This document shows, piece by piece, positions 63,988 to 64,000 of a DNA stretch of 64,000 nt. The stretch is from the IMG/VR virus record IMGVR_UViG_3300010998_001290; one strand, given 5' to 3'. The notes beneath the pieces were generated by a model, which did no database searches, was not told the DNA's origin, and worked only from the letters and a program-made list of their open reading frames with translations. The DNA comes from a virus (Duplodnaviria > Heunggongvirae > Uroviricota > Caudoviricetes). Made by a program: the position numbers and the translations under genes. Every line of letters starts with the position of its first letter. The stretch's first letter is position 1.

Positions 63988-64000
63988 ATTGCCCGTTATA

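Overview
This 64 kb window is an almost entirely plus-strand, gene-dense block of about 100 mostly small ORFs. It has a GGAGG-type RBS and roughly 40% GC, which is Firmicutes/Clostridia-like usage. There are no capsid, terminase or tail genes, so it reads as the early replication and host-takeover part of a large phage or phage-like element.

Genes I can identify:
- RNase HI (8764..9207)
- A DnaG-type TOPRIM primase that lacks its zinc-binding domain (19667..20659)
- Two orphan N6-adenine DNA methyltransferases (7005..8753 and 28771..30462)
- A RecJ-like DHH/DHHA1 exonuclease (59281..60966)
- An XRE HTH regulator (17462..17707)
- A flotillin/SPFH protein (31221..32807)
- An ABC-2 ATPase/permease pair (26766..28633)
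- A tandem array of six BspA-type LRR paralogues (1..5731) plus a seventh at 34426..35130
- Three paralogous Sec-secreted proteins (12177..15920)
- Two lipoproteins
- One minus-strand secreted transglutaminase-like protein with a Big_2 domain (62745..63965)

The main finding is a repeated transcription cassette, about 31 copies, always oriented with the downstream gene and including the single minus-strand gene. Each copy is an intrinsic terminator followed by a -10-like CATACTA(ATAGT) element, often in the extended TGtCATACTA form. In 15 copies an 11-nt GACGAAYGGAG box sits 17-21 nt downstream. In 5 copies a 22-nt TGTGTACGAAAGACAWAAGTTT box sits exactly 21-22 nt upstream. One textbook sigma-70 promoter (TTGACA-18-TATACT at 25841-25870) is the exception.

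Other observations are listed under findings: a ~100-nt GC-rich repeat, a promoter-to-terminator small-RNA candidate, TGTACA palindromes, inverted repeats flanking a gene, a direct-repeat array, a highly codon-biased small gene, and several very acidic small proteins. No tRNA, rRNA, CRISPR or transposase genes were recognised.
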